Source: Ylistrum balloti
Lineage: Eukaryota
DNA length: 64,000 bases
Direction of reading: 5' to 3'
Assembly: GCF_031769215.1 (NCBI RefSeq)
Contig: NW_026782092.1
Coordinates: forward strand, 248,001 to 312,000
Position numbers and translations under genes: made by a program. Below are positions 37,101 to 48,911 of this stretch, one piece after another. Positions within the stretch are counted from its first letter, which is position 1. Every line of letters starts with the position of its first letter. The notes below the pieces were generated by a model, which searched no databases, was not told the origin of the DNA, and saw only the letters and a program-made list of their open reading frames with translations.

Positions 37101-39356
37101 TCCTTCACCCTAGATTTTGAAGGGTTGAATTACTGGAGTTATTGCCCCATGAACAACCATGGTCATTTTGAGGCAAGTTTTCCTTATAGTAGACGGTGGT
37201 TATTTCACTGAACAACATACGAGAAGTCCATCACATACCATCCAAAGCAATTAGAATAAAGTGTCTTGATCAAGGATACAACCACATGTAGGACTATGAC
37301 CAAATATTGTAAAAAACACTAGATATCAACTGGATCATCAATTACCTTGACAAATATTAACATTAAACACATATGAATTTTAATTATTTTAGACATGGTT
37401 GATAACATTTTCATAGATAATCTCTGAGTACAAAATGTCCACCTTCATCTACATGTGATGTTAGCCATAATTTTTTAACATTCTGAGAGCTTTTGGAGAC
37501 CAATAATGGTGCATGCTCCTTTTGCAATCAAACAAATTTCATATTTATGATAAAATTCCCATAATTTGATATTAGCCCTTGAAATATCATCCCAAATTCA
37601 TCAATATTCTTTCAAAAATGGGTCAAAAGTTTCCTGTTTTATCGCAACAATTAAAAACTCAGCTCTTTCAAACCTTTCCACCAGCATATAATACCACCAT
37701 ATGTTACCTAACCATGACTCTTAATACCAGAAACTGTACAAAGCCTGGATTTTTTCCCCATTTTTATGCTGTTGCAGAGGAGCTATTATAGTGGTGATCC
37801 ACATAGTTATAGCGTTGGGAGTTCCACCATTGTTTATTGTAATGACTTAGCCTTGGCATACACAGTCAGAGATCTCTACCTGTAAATATTGCCGGAACAA
37901 TCCACACACGTATTCTTAATCACAAACACAGGGGAGAGTTATTTAATTATATACAATTTTAGGGGTATTTGACAGCCTTAAGCAATTATAAAGCCTTTGG
38001 AATCGTGAGATAAGTGTTTGTAGTTCAGTACAACCTATAGACAGTACAGCTTACACTGCAGAGGCCAACACCTTCACACAACATCGGTACCTACATCAGC
38101 ACATGTACAGTCAAAGTTAGACGATTTCCCTGCCAGCCTGTATAATGAGATCTAGTTGTTTCATTAAATCTCTGCCCTACAAGGCTGTATCACAAACACA
38201 TGGGATCAATGGATGCAATCAGACCTATCACATCTTTACAAAGAACTGACATAGATTTGTTTTGGGCTGTATCTGTAGGTAAAATCTACTTGGTGTTTTC
38301 ACATGGTCAATCATGGTATATACTGGGGCTACAACAAATAGACATGTTGGGCTCACCACCATCAGTTGGATGAGGAGGAAATCAACAATTCCAATCAGCT
38401 GGTCTAAAACTCCTTCTTTATGGGATGATCACATCCCAGGAAATTGCAGATATCAAAATGTCAGGTTTTTTAAAACGTCCCTTTCAGTTTTGTTCAGACA
38501 ACAATATATTAGAACACATTTCCATTCTATATTTCATTTAAGAATAAATATTTCAAACTAAACACTTTTTATCAAAATTTCCAAAATCTAAATGATCTTC
38601 ATTAATCTTATCTGGCCAAAATTTCTTCAGGAAACTTGTAAAATCTTCCATGAAAATGCATTACAGGGAAAATATTGTTATATTGTCAATTTTTTCTTGA
38701 TCATTCCTATATAACATTTTCCACTTAACAAGATTAAGTTTTTGAATTTCTTTCCAGTTAGAAACATTCATCAAACTTGGGCTTAAAATATTGAGAACCT
38801 CTAACTGTGAAAGGGAACTATATACCAAAGAATGTCTTCCCTTCTTCAAGCCCTGTCTCAATATCATTAAAAGACCTGTTCTATTGTTGATTCATGAATC
38901 AATATCTTGCTAAGGTACCAATATATCATCTCCTTGAAACTCATTCAGGTCTTCATAGTATTCATACTTACTGTCATTTATACTCAATTTGTCATAGAAG
39001 AAGCTTTGATCAATACAGAATATCAATCAAAATCTATTTCAATTGAAAGGAAACATCAATTTCCTAATTTTCAATCACATTACATTATATATATTGTATT
39101 ATATTATAACTTCTATCACACTGGCAAGGTACAAGTTTTCAGCCAGGTAGTACAAACATTTATTTTCATGTAGATATTTCTCATTCTGAGAATTTTGCAA
39201 ATGTAAACTATTTGCTTATCTTGCATCAATCTGAAGTCTGAAAATCATTGAATTTCTCTCCACCAATATGTATCTTCTGCTTCATCTACAGGTTAGATCT
39301 GTCCCGTTTTGTAGCAATTCTTACATCAGATTTGTCCTTTAAGTGCCATTCCAACA
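34200..39356 (-). mobile_element. Old, fragmented LINE ORF2 relic (endonuclease to C-terminus), interrupted by other sequence
   Basis: Colinear fragments with stops and frameshifts. CWN..H-LKDK-SD at ~39356-39325 (endonuclease start). INNRTGLL..L..G...GR at ~38900. ILLYG...VLNKSALSAFVY...LPL....VVRCWQK at ~35880-35715. EII*YWSKL at ~34925, then IAKFR and LYVAGR...R..ICCN at ~34500-34300. Confidence 0.45.
37245..37285 (+). mobile_element. CORE-SINE-like fragment
   Basis: aaagtgtcttgatcaaggatacaac resembles the CORE-domain motif AAGTGTCTTGCCCAAGGACACAAC. Short match only. Confidence 0.35.
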
Positions 39357-39879
39357 AACCAAATAGAAAACAAGATAATATTCACATGATGAAGATAGCA
39401 TGGCCAAATATAGCTTAGTTATACATTAAAGTCTCAATTTAGAATCACTAGAACAGTAAATAGTAACAAATTTCAACAAGAAAGGATTGTTTAAATTAAG
39501 AGATGATATAGAATGAAAAAGCCAATTCTAACATGACATGGCTGTATCACATTAAGAGATATAATGTATAGTCCTGTCAGAAAGTAAGGACATCATTAAT
39601 ACTTAGAGGATGGTAGACCTATACCAGACACACCAGGGTAATATTATGTATTCGGTAAACAACAGGCTTAGTGAAGTGTTAGCTCTACCACACTGTCCTC
39701 TCCCCAAAACCTTAAACCTTGTACACTTGGCCTGTACCTTCTACATATACTTTGATATGTACACAGGTACCAATTTAATACTGCACCAGAGCAATCTCTC
39801 TCAAAGATTATTATCAATAAAACAAATTATTACAATATAAAGTTATTGTCAATTGGACAAATTATTACACTATTAACAG

Positions 39880-39988
39880 GACCTTCAAAGTTAATACATT
39901 TGACAACTATTGACCTTCAAAGTAAATGCATTTGACAACTATGACCTTCAAAGTAAATGCATTTGACAAATATGACTTTCAAAGTAAA
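39880..39988. repeat. 31-bp tandem repeat, about 3.5 copies
   Basis: gac(c/t)ttcaaagt(a/t)aat(g/a)catttgacaa.tat starts at 39880, 39912, 39943 and 39974. Confidence 0.92.
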
Positions 39989-40548
39989 GAATCCTAACTA
40001 TCATGCTACAAAATATCATGACAGTTAACCTTTGTAGAATAGAATATGACAAATCAGATCTCTTGATTTACGTTGTTTTTCTTTGCTTCATTTCAATGGG
40101 ATCTGAAAGTCTTACTGAAATCACCATTCCTATGATCTTTTCAAGACTTGAAGGCCAATATTTAATACATCAACTCAATCTGGTTCAAAGTCAGGGGGAC
40201 ATAAAGTTGATGAAATGGCATTTTCGGTAATTCTACTGAAAAGCAAAGATTATGGTGATTTTTATTACTAGGCATGTACATATTCAAAGATAACTGTTTA
40301 AAATACAAACAAAAAAAAGTACTATTACTTAATTGGCATTTTGGCAAAATAACAAAAACAATGGAGGTCTTTCACCTCCAAATTCAGGTAGCAGCAGGCT
40401 TGCTTAGATAAGGACACTACGTTTTCATCCACCTAAAGCCAATTTGTGGTACTGCCAGCAATTATCTTCTTAAATAAAAGACATTTTCTCTAAAACTTTA
40501 TTGTTATAAATAGTTTTGTACTTGTCCTGTTTTCATATTTTGGATAAT

Positions 40549-40780
40549 TAACCTAGCTGTATAAATAGGTAGCATCATATATATTATACACTGACATCTT
40601 AACCAAAACTAGATAAGTTACCTGGTTGAATATCAAAGTTAATCTCTAAATGGATGATGTGTTTTTTCAGAACAGAAGATTTGTTATTGTATCATTCAGG
40701 TTATTCATAAAACACTAGAATTTTAACCTACTAGCTGTATAAATAGGTACAAGTTTATGATATGATACACTGGCGTCTTG
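40549..40780. repeat. Short dispersed duplication (~55 bp, about 175 bp apart)
   Basis: taacct(act)agctgtataaataggta...atacactg.c.tctt occurs at ~40549 and ~40724. Confidence 0.7.
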
Positions 40781-41958
40781 GCAATTTCCTACAATGTCTA
40801 GTTTCTTCGTCACAACAGGTGAACTGCTTATAATACATCTAGGTCTTTTAGCCAACTAGATATGTTGAACATAATCATGAACTGTTTTGTACATTGCCCA
40901 AGCTATGACTGAATGGAGAAAAGGAACAAACTGTTATGGATTTTCTAGGTAACAGATCGTAGTGCAAGCCTATAAATATCAGAAGGTTTACTGTTTGTTT
41001 AGGTGAGTTTCTATCTAATACTGCAGACGACCACATAAAACCCCTCCCAGCAAGACTGCAGATGTTCAAACAAATTCATGAGCATGCTTCCTCTCTTTCC
41101 ATATAAACCTGGTTTAGTGTTCCCAAGCTAGAACTGATATCAGTTTCTGATTAATATATAGCTACATAACCCACAGGATTTCTAATTAAGTTGCATGACC
41201 CTGACAGCAATGGATGTATAACCAATTCTCATTCCATCTAGATCTACTGCTTATGGCAAAGCACAGCACTAACAGCCAATGCCATCACATATATTATTCT
41301 GAATGATCTAGCCATGAGTATTTAAGATAAAGATATATAATTTATAGATTTCTTTAAAAATCCTGAATCTAAAGATTTTATGGTACGTGAATTAAGTTAA
41401 TTATTTTTTAAAATTTCCATTGCATAGCAACATATGTGACCAATATTAAGGAATAAGAAACTGGGATATCTGTTATTTTAATTGAAAAAAAAATCTATCT
41501 TTTTATTGTATGTATGAAGACATCAAGTGTTTATGTGATTGCTTTGACCTCCAACTCTCTATCTTAAATCTGGGTTTGCTAAGAAATAAAGCCAAACAAA
41601 TAACTAGCAGTGCCAATGTGGAAACCCAACCACATCAACATGTAATACACTGTAACAGGCCAGATTCTGCAACCAGATCTCACTGATCAGGCTGATTTCT
41701 ACACAGTGATATCTTTTTTTTTTTTTTTTTTTAAATTTTTGAGTTTTCCTTTTAAACATTTTTGTAATGGATGCATTCCTATTCATCATCATTGTTAAAT
41801 TGTATTTGACAGAATCAGACATTTGGATTCAAGAGAAAAAAAACCTTCTCAAATTAGATTAAAATATTAGTGCCACAATCGTTTAAGATCTGGAAATTAT
41901 CAAACATTTTTGAAAGTTGAAAATTACAAAGAATACAGTAAAACAAGAACATGTTGAA

Positions 41959-42660
41959 AACAAGAGACCAATAGGGCCTGTATTGCTTATCTGGATTTTT
42001 AAGTCAATAATGCAAAAGTTTACATTTCTTTAGAAGGAAAATAATTTCCTTTATGAGCCTCACCCCACAGAAACAACTTCATAATCTCTAGGGCTGGGGA
42101 CAAAGATCAGTTGTTAATCTCATGATGTCCGGCAATGCTATTCAGTTATGGGACGATAATCTCAATAGCTTTAAAGAGATAATCTGTCCTGGGGTGGGAC
42201 CAGACCCCCGGACAAATTATCAGTTATGATTGTGTTTATCTACCAATGCTCAGCAATGCCATAGTTATATAGTGGGGATCACTATTGTTTAAAAAAACCT
42301 GAGATCCAGATAAATTGTTGATGGTGTAAAACAATGAACTAAATCTACTTTGAGGTTAGATTTTCCCTATTGAGCCCCAGCCATCTGGCCCAAGGGGACC
42401 AAAACCTATGCTTTAAACAAAAATGATTTCCCTTCATGCAAGCCTGCTTTAGTCCATATCTGGACAATATCCTGCAACTCCTAAAGAGCAAGATAGATTT
42501 AAAAGAAACTGATTGATTTTTCTATTGGGCCCCTCCCCTCAGGCCCCGGACTCACCATTTACACAAAATAGGTTTCGCATTCCCCAAGGATGCTTCAGAC
42601 CAAATTTGATTAAAATCTGCTCAGTTGTTTATAAATAATTGCAATATATAATAAAAGTTG
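41959..42660. mobile_element. Degenerate HINE-like element with satellite-type internal repeats
   Basis: Begins aacaagagaccaatagggcctg. Internal ttttc(c)ctattg..cccc...ggccc and ccccaaggatgctt...accaaatttga boxes resemble those of the element at 15365-16262. Confidence 0.6.
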
Positions 42661-43960
42661 GCAGACACCAAATACAAGCTGCAGTAACAACACCATTCTA
42701 TACCTAAATAATTTCAAGTATACTTGCAAGCAATAATAAGACAGTTAGATGATCAAATGTTATAAAGCATTATGTTTGAAGCTAACGTTTGAATGTCAGA
42801 CATATTGGATTATGGCCCTTGGACTGAACCAGAAGTAGATGTAATTGTAGATCCACTCATTCTGAATTTAAAGAAATGAACATTAATGTTTGTTTAAAAA
42901 GTGTGATACTGTTTTTATCATATCAGTCAATTAATTCCATACACCCTAACATCCAAAAGGTCATGAAAAGACTATAGGATATTGCTTCTTTTTTTCTTCC
43001 CAACCCTCTCCAAACCCCTTCCCTACAATTTTTTTTAAAGTGATTTTGTCTTACTAAGGACATAAAAATTCTAAAATTGCAGAAAAAGTAAATTAGAAAT
43101 GAGGCAGCATTAATTTGCAATCAACATAAATGTTCTATAGTACCAGCTTTCCAAATACAATTATGACTATAATCTGATGCTATCTTGATCTGACCTTGAT
43201 CTAAATCACTCAAGTATCATTCACATACTGATGGGGAGGAGACAAATAAACCATAGAGAAAAGAAAAGAAGAAGTCATGATTCAAATTAGAAAGCTTATA
43301 AAATATTGGATATATGGAGCCACTATTTATTCTCCTGAGCCAAGACTGGTGAATTCCACTGCTGGGATCCATTAGTGTTTAGGGGAAACTGGTCTAAATT
43401 GACACTGGAGACAACATCCATTAAGGATCAGATTTTAATTACAGATCTAACAATTGTCATTCCTTCACTCCTAAGAATGAATTTGATCTCATGTTATTGA
43501 ACAACATGACTTGTGCACGGATTCTTCACCCATGATCATTGGTGTAGCATGGTAATGAATGAATACAACCCTGGTCTGACATACCCAATGTGATTTGGTG
43601 TCCCTGGACACAACATGTAGATACCAATTCTTCTGGACAATTCAGTGGTGGAACAAAAATCAATGCTGGTAGTATTGGGTCTGTTATTGGAAGACTGTGA
43701 CGCCCTATACAGAATGAACAGTTATCTACAATAGCAAAATGCTGGGTCAGACTCCACTGTAAAGAGGGAACTCCCAATTTATAAGTAGGAAAACCATGGC
43801 AAATTCCTAACTAAATTACAGGAACACATGTTTGAAATTAACATATTTTTTTCAATCCTTTAACTGAATATAATCAGCCTTTCAGTGAATGCATCAATAA
43901 TCCAAAGACAACAGGCTAAAATAAACCTCAGGTTACTGTAAAACATATTTAACCATAACA

Positions 43961-46278
43961 GGACCACTGTGGTCAGCAAAAATCCTCCACTGAGGATTAA
44001 GGGAGACCAGTGTGGTCAGCAAAAATCCTCCACTAAGGAATAAGGGAGACCAGTGTGGTCAGCAAAAATCCTCCACTGAAGAATAAGGGAGACCAGTGTG
44101 GTCAGCAAAAATCCTCCACTGAGGAATAAGGGAGACCAGTGTGGTCAGCAAAAATCTCCACTGAAGAATAAGGGAGACCAGTGTGGTCAGCAAAAATCTC
44201 CACTGAAGAATAAGGAGGACCAGTGTGGTCAGCAAAAATCCTCCACTGAAGAATAAGGGAGACCAGTGTGGTCAGCAAAAATCTCCACTGAAGAATAAGG
44301 AGGACCAGTGTGGTCAGCAAAAATCTCCACTGAAGAATAAGGGAGACCAGTGTGGTCAGCAAAAATCTCCACTGAAGAATAAGGAGGACCAGTGTGGTCA
44401 GCAAAAATCTCCACTGAAGAATAAGGGAGACCAGTGTGGTCAGCAAAAATCCTCCACTGAAGAATAAGGAGGACCAGTGTGGTCAGCAAAAATCCTCCAC
44501 TAAGGAATAAGGGAGACCAGTGTGGTCAGCAAAAATCCTCCACTGAAGAATAAGGAGGACCAGTGTGGTCAGCAAAAATCCTCCACTGAAGAATAAGGAG
44601 GACCAGTGTGGTCAGCAAAAATCCTCCACTGAGGAATAAGGGAGACCAGTGTGGTCAGCAAAAATCCTCCACTGAAGAATATGGAGGACCAGTGTGGTCA
44701 GCAAAAATCCTCCACTGAAGAATAAGGAGGACCAGTGTGGTCAGCAAAAATCCTCCACTGAGGAATAAGGGAGACCAGTGTGGTCAGCAAAAATCCTCCA
44801 CTAAGGAATAAGGGAGACCAGTGTGGTCAGCAAAAATCCTCCACTGAGGAATAAGGAGGACCAGTGTGGTCAGCAAAAATCCTCCACTGAGGAATAAGGG
44901 AGACCAGTGTGGTCAGCAAAAATCCTCCACTAAGGAATAAGGGAGACCAGTGTGGTCAGCAAAAATCCTCCACTAAGGAATAAGGGAGACCAGTGTGGTC
45001 AGCAAAAATCCTCCACTGAAGAATAAGGAGGACCAGTGTGGTCAGCAAAAATCCTCCACTGAAGAATATGGAGGACCAGTGTGGTCAGCAAAAATCCTCC
45101 ACAAGGAGGAAGTGTGGTCCAAAAATCCTCCACAGAATAAGGGAGACCAGTGTGGTCAGCAAAAATCCTCCACTGAGGAATAAGGGAGACCAGTGTGGTC
45201 AGCAAAAATCCTCCACTGAAGAATAAGGAGGACCAGTGTGGTCAGCAAAAATCCTCCACTAAGGAATAAGGGAGACCAGTGTGGTCAGCAAAGAATCCTC
45301 CACTGAGGGATAAGGAGGACCAGTGTGGTCAGCAAAAATCCTCCACTGAAGAATAAGGAGGACCAGTGTGGTCAGCAAAAATCCTCCACTGAGGAATAAG
45401 GGAGACCAGTGTGGTCAGCAAAAATCCTCCACTGAAGAATAAGGAGGACCAGTGTGGTCAGCAAAAATCCTCCACTGAGGAATAAGGGAGAAGTGTGGAG
45501 GACCAGTGTGGTCAGCAAAAATCCTCCACTAAGGAATAAGGGAGACCAGTGTGGTCAGCAAAAATCCTCCACTAAGGAATAAGGGAGACCAGTGTGGTCA
45601 GCAAAAATCCTCCACTAAGGAATAAGGGAGACCAGTGTGGTCAGCAAAAATCCTCCACTGAGGAATAAGGGAGACCAGTGTGGTCAGCAAAAATCCTCCA
45701 CTAAGGAATAAGGGAGACCAGTGTGGTCAGCAAACCTCCACTGAAGAATAACGGAGACCAGTGTGGTCAGCAAAAATCCTCCACTGAGGAATAACGGAGA
45801 CCAGTGTGGTCAGCAAAAATCCTCCACTGAAGAATAAGGGAGACCAGTGTGGTCAGCAAAAATCCTCCACTGAGGAATAAGGGAGACCAGTGTGGTCAGC
45901 AAAAATCCTCCACTGAGGAATAAGGGAGACCAGTGTGGTCAGCAAAAATCCTCCACTGAAGAATAAGGAGGACCAGTGTGGTCAGCAAAAATCCTCCACT
46001 AAGGAATAAGGAGGACCAGTGTGGTCAGCAAAAATCCTCCACTGAGGAATAAGGGAGACCAGTGTGGTCAGCAAAAATCCTCCACTAAGGAATAAGGAGG
46101 ACCAGTGTGGTTAGCAAAGAATCCTCCACGGAGGAATAAGGAAAACCACTACAGTGGTCAGCAAAGAATCCTCCACTGAGGAATAAGGAAAACCACTACA
46201 GTGGTCAGCAAAGAATCCTCCACTGAGGAATAAGGGAGACCACTGTGGTCAACAAAGAATCCTCCACTGAGGAATAAG
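43961..46278. repeat. 43-bp minisatellite, about 54 copies
   Basis: Unit gggagaccagtgtggtcagcaaaaatcctccactga(a/g)gaataa. Variants include gggaga/ggagga, actaag, a 42-bp aaaaatctcc form (mostly 44150-44420), broken units near 45100 and 45490, and diverged terminal units. Confidence 0.98.
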
Positions 46279-46286
46279 GATAATAA

Positions 46287-46690
46287 GGAAACACGGGTGG
46301 TTGTTTCAGACTTATAGAGATAGTGAGGTTTATAAGAATGTAAGGTATTGTTTTGAAATTGTAATTGTATCTATGTTTTGAAAGTTGAAGTAGAGGAAGA
46401 TAGCTTTTTTGAGAATCAAACAGTTGATAATGAAAATTTTGTTGTGTTGGGAAACTTGTAGTGCCTTTTGTATTAGAAGTATGTTTATTAGTTTTTGAGA
46501 CAGAAAAGAACCGAGGATGAAAGCGTTGTGTGAAATTGTTCAAGGATAAAGACATTGCTATATGTTTCAACAGGGAAAGTGTTTTGGGAAGGCTGACAGG
46601 GAAGGAGGAGGATTGGTTGAGTTGGGGAAACAGAGAAGTGATGAAGATTTTGTCAGTACAGAGACTGACACAAAACTGATTACTGTAACA
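46287..46690 (+). mobile_element. Decayed LINE apurinic-endonuclease domain fragment
   Basis: Across stops and frameshifts: GNTGGC, then IYV...EEDSFF...NENFVVLGNL, then KRTEDESVV*NC.R..TLL, then VLGRLTGKEEDWLSWGNREVMKIL. This order follows the EN pattern SGG..., YIPPE.S, ..LGD.N, R.SED..VN..GR.LL, NGR..GD..G.....G.SVID. Confidence 0.5.
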
Positions 46691-47612
46691 AACTTCTAGG
46701 CACATGGAACATCTTTCAAAGTGATCACTCTACCACTGGGAAAACATCAATAACATCAGACCACTTATCTCCTCTAGTAGAACCACTGACCAGTTAACTT
46801 ACCATTAGCTCAATCAGTTTTCCATTTCGATGTAATCACATGACCATCAGCTACTGACCACCGTCCATCTTAATCATGCTGACCCTAATTACACTTTCAG
46901 ATGTTGAGGTTCTGGCCCTAACTTTTTATTCAAAGCCCTTACATTCACATTTCAGCGTAAAACTTAAGAATATTTTATAATAGTAAGGTCTTAATTGGAG
47001 CCATATTATTAGATCATTAATTTTGGTGGGTAATTAATTTTCATTGATTTTGTGAGTACTCATGTGTCCAGGAACCGGTAAAATGTTATCACCAGGTATA
47101 TTTACTGAGCTAAATTTATCCCTGAAATCAAACGTTCACCAAATATTGTTTTTTAGCCAAAAACTGAAACCAATGAAAATACATGATCTTACAGTAGTTT
47201 TAGTTTTTAATTTTTAAAAACTTAATAAAAACACATGAGAATTTGAATTAGTACTTCAGGAAGTCAGTTGGGCCATGAATGGAACATGCAAGTTTGCTGT
47301 TATCTATATAACAAGTACTGACAATTTTAGCAGCAGTTAAAAGTGAATCAGAAATGTCAGAGGATTATGTTATTTAACTACTTGGATAGAAGATCTGTCT
47401 GCCATTTTTCAGTGGATACTGACCCCACTTGTAACTCTTATTTCAGTCATTGCTGAAACAGATCTAAAAGTCTGAAAGACTCAAAATACAATCATTGATA
47501 TAATACAATAGGTTTACAGTTACTTAAAATTAAAATTACAAGTTAAAAGTCTGCCTGCACAATATTTCAAGACCATTGCTGGTATAATACAATGACAGGA
47601 ACAAATATTGCC

Positions 47613-48911
47613 ATCTTCAACATAACACCTTTAACAACAATGAAAACATGGCCCAAACACCACCTCCAACATAACACCTTTAACAACCATGAAAACATGG
47701 CCCAAACATCACCTCCAACATAACACCTATAACAACCATGAAAACATGGCCCAAACATCACCTCCAACATAACACCTATAACAACCATGAAAACATGGCC
47801 CAAACATCACCTCCAACATAACACCTATAACAACAATGAAAACATGGCCCAAACATCACCTCCAACATAACACCTATAACAACAATGAAAACATGGCCCA
47901 AACATCACCTCCAACATAACACCTATAACAGCAATGAAATCATGGCCCAAGCATCACCTCCAACATAACACCTATAACAACAATGAAAACATGGCCCAAA
48001 CATCACCTCCAACATAACACCTATAACAACAACGAAAACATGGCCCAAACATCACCTCCAACATAACACATATAACAACAACGAAAACATGGCCCAAACA
48101 TCACCTCCAACATAACACCTATAACAACAATGAAAACATGGCCCAAACATCACCTCCAACATAACACCTATAACAACAACGAAAACATGGCCCAAACATC
48201 ACCTCCAACATAACACCTATAACAACAATGAAAACATGGCCCAAACATCACCTCCAACATAACACATATAACAACAATGAAAACATGGCCCAAACATCAC
48301 CTCCAACATAACACCTACAACAACAATGAAAACATGGCCCAAGCATCACCTCCAACATAACACCTATAACAACAATGAAAACATGGCCCAAACATCACCT
48401 CCAACATAACACCTATAACAACAATGAAAACATGGCCCAAACATCACCTCCAACATAACACCTATAACAACAATGAAAACATGGCCCAAACATCACCTCC
48501 AACATAACACCTATAACAACCATGAAAACATGGCCCAAACATCACCTCCAACATAACACCTGTAACAACCATGAAAACATGGCCCAAACATCACCTCCAA
48601 CATAACACCTGTAACAACCATGAAAACATGGCCCAAACATCACCTCCAACATAACACCTATAACAACAATGAAAACATGGCCCAAACATCACCTCCAACA
48701 TAACACCTATAACAACAATGAAAACATGGCCCAAACATCACCTCCAACATAACACCTATAACAACCATGAAAACATGGCCCAAACATCACCTCCAACATA
48801 ACACCTATAACAACCATGAAAACATGGCCCAAACATCACCTCCAACATAACACCTATAACAACAATGAAAACATGGCCCAAACATCACCTCCAACATAAC
48901 ACCTATAACAA
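47613..48911. repeat. 49-bp CA-rich minisatellite, about 26 copies
   Basis: Unit catggcccaaacatcacctccaacataacacctataacaacaatgaaaa, with few variants (ccat/caat/caac, cttt, cata, cctg). Confidence 0.98.

Noticed and set aside
15225-43700. Short matches to miRNA 5' ends (miR-219-like near 15228, miR-34-like near 29972, miR-7-like near 43689)
   Set aside because: Only 8-9 nt match, the rest of each mature sequence disagrees, and no precursor hairpin is visible.
46205-46705. 166-aa minus-strand ORF, and the GT-skewed plus strand as a mitochondrial insertion
   Set aside because: The ORF is low-complexity and stays open because the strand is poor in G. The invertebrate mitochondrial code still gives TAA/TAG stops and no recognisable mitochondrial protein. 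A LINE endonuclease relic on the plus strand fits better.
43961-48911. The 43-bp and 49-bp arrays as CRISPR arrays or repeat-protein genes (ORFs at 44102-45226 and 47567-47803)
   Set aside because: The units are head-to-tail with no unique spacers, there are no cas genes and the context is a eukaryotic intron. Unit lengths are not multiples of 3, so the frames shift and stop.
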